A DNA stretch of 64,000 nt from Vitrella brassicaformis CCMP3155 (Eukaryota; Protista; Chromerida): positions 117,393 through 181,392 of the forward strand of contig CDMY01000153.1 in assembly GCA_001179505.1 (NCBI GenBank), read 5' to 3'. The notes beneath the pieces were generated by a model, which saw nothing but the letters and a program-made list of their open reading frames with translations, searched no databases and had not been told where the DNA came from. Shown here piece by piece: positions 63,557 to 64,000 of the stretch (the first letter of the stretch is position 1; every line of letters starts with the position of its first letter). The position numbers and the translations under genes are program-made.

Positions 63557-64000
63557 CCCACAGAGACACCTGCACTCACACAGACCGGGGGAAGGGGGAG
63601 AGGGAGGGAGAGGACGGCAGAGGGAGGGAGGGAGAGGGAGTTAACAGTACAGTAGAAACCGGTAACAAGGGCAGATCTGGGCTCGCTTGTGCTGGCTGCC
63701 GTGTTGTGCCGTGTCGTTGCATCTCACTTCCACATCCGTAGCGCGTCGTCCTGTGCGGGTTGGGTTAAGGAGGAACGCTTACGTCCTCACACTGCTATCT
63801 GCAGCGCACGAGCCTCATCTGCTCGCCACAATCTGCTCCCAGATTGGTCACCAATACCACTCGGAGCTATTCTTCACCTGAACCCCCTTTGGCCTCCCCG
63901 GGAGAGCGGTTTCACGGACCTTCTGGATTTGCGAGCTTGCCCAAGCTCCCTGCTGCCCCTTCAGGCAGAGCACTTTTTCAAGCACGTAAGCTCCTTTTTG

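Overview
Eukaryotic, intron-rich, fairly GC-rich genomic DNA. Introns are short, GT-AG, and full of (GT)n/(CAGA)n/(GGAT)n microsatellites. This style plus the gene content (AOX, glucan water dikinase, RsmE, BK-like and PKD2-like channels) suggests a chromerid alveolate such as Vitrella; that assignment is inference, not verified. I spliced about 18 protein-coding genes by eye: PKD2/TRPP channel (cut by the window start), START-like protein, Slo/BK-like channel, a 92-aa membrane protein, a 479-aa unknown, ZSWIM2-like E3, RsmE, GWD, Kelch-BTB, a Pro-rich/Sfi1-like unknown, RIO2, AOX, a coiled-coil unknown, a TPR protein, a Cys-rich EGF/knottin-like protein, DNAJC25-like, Sec14/CRAL-TRIO and a tandem-PH-like protein. 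There is a 300-N gap. I saw no rRNA, tRNA, CRISPR or clear transposon. Highlights: (1) a BK-like channel with an intact S4 but a pore reading STVGRPR instead of TVGYGD and no acidic Ca bowl; (2) a GWD with three CBM45-like modules; (3) a Cys-rich protein with two knottin-like modules and a 114-bp tandem repeat; (4) seven head-to-head gene pairs with <400-bp spacers, versus long microsatellite-rich tail-to-tail spacers. Exon boundaries are manual and some 5' ends are uncertain.
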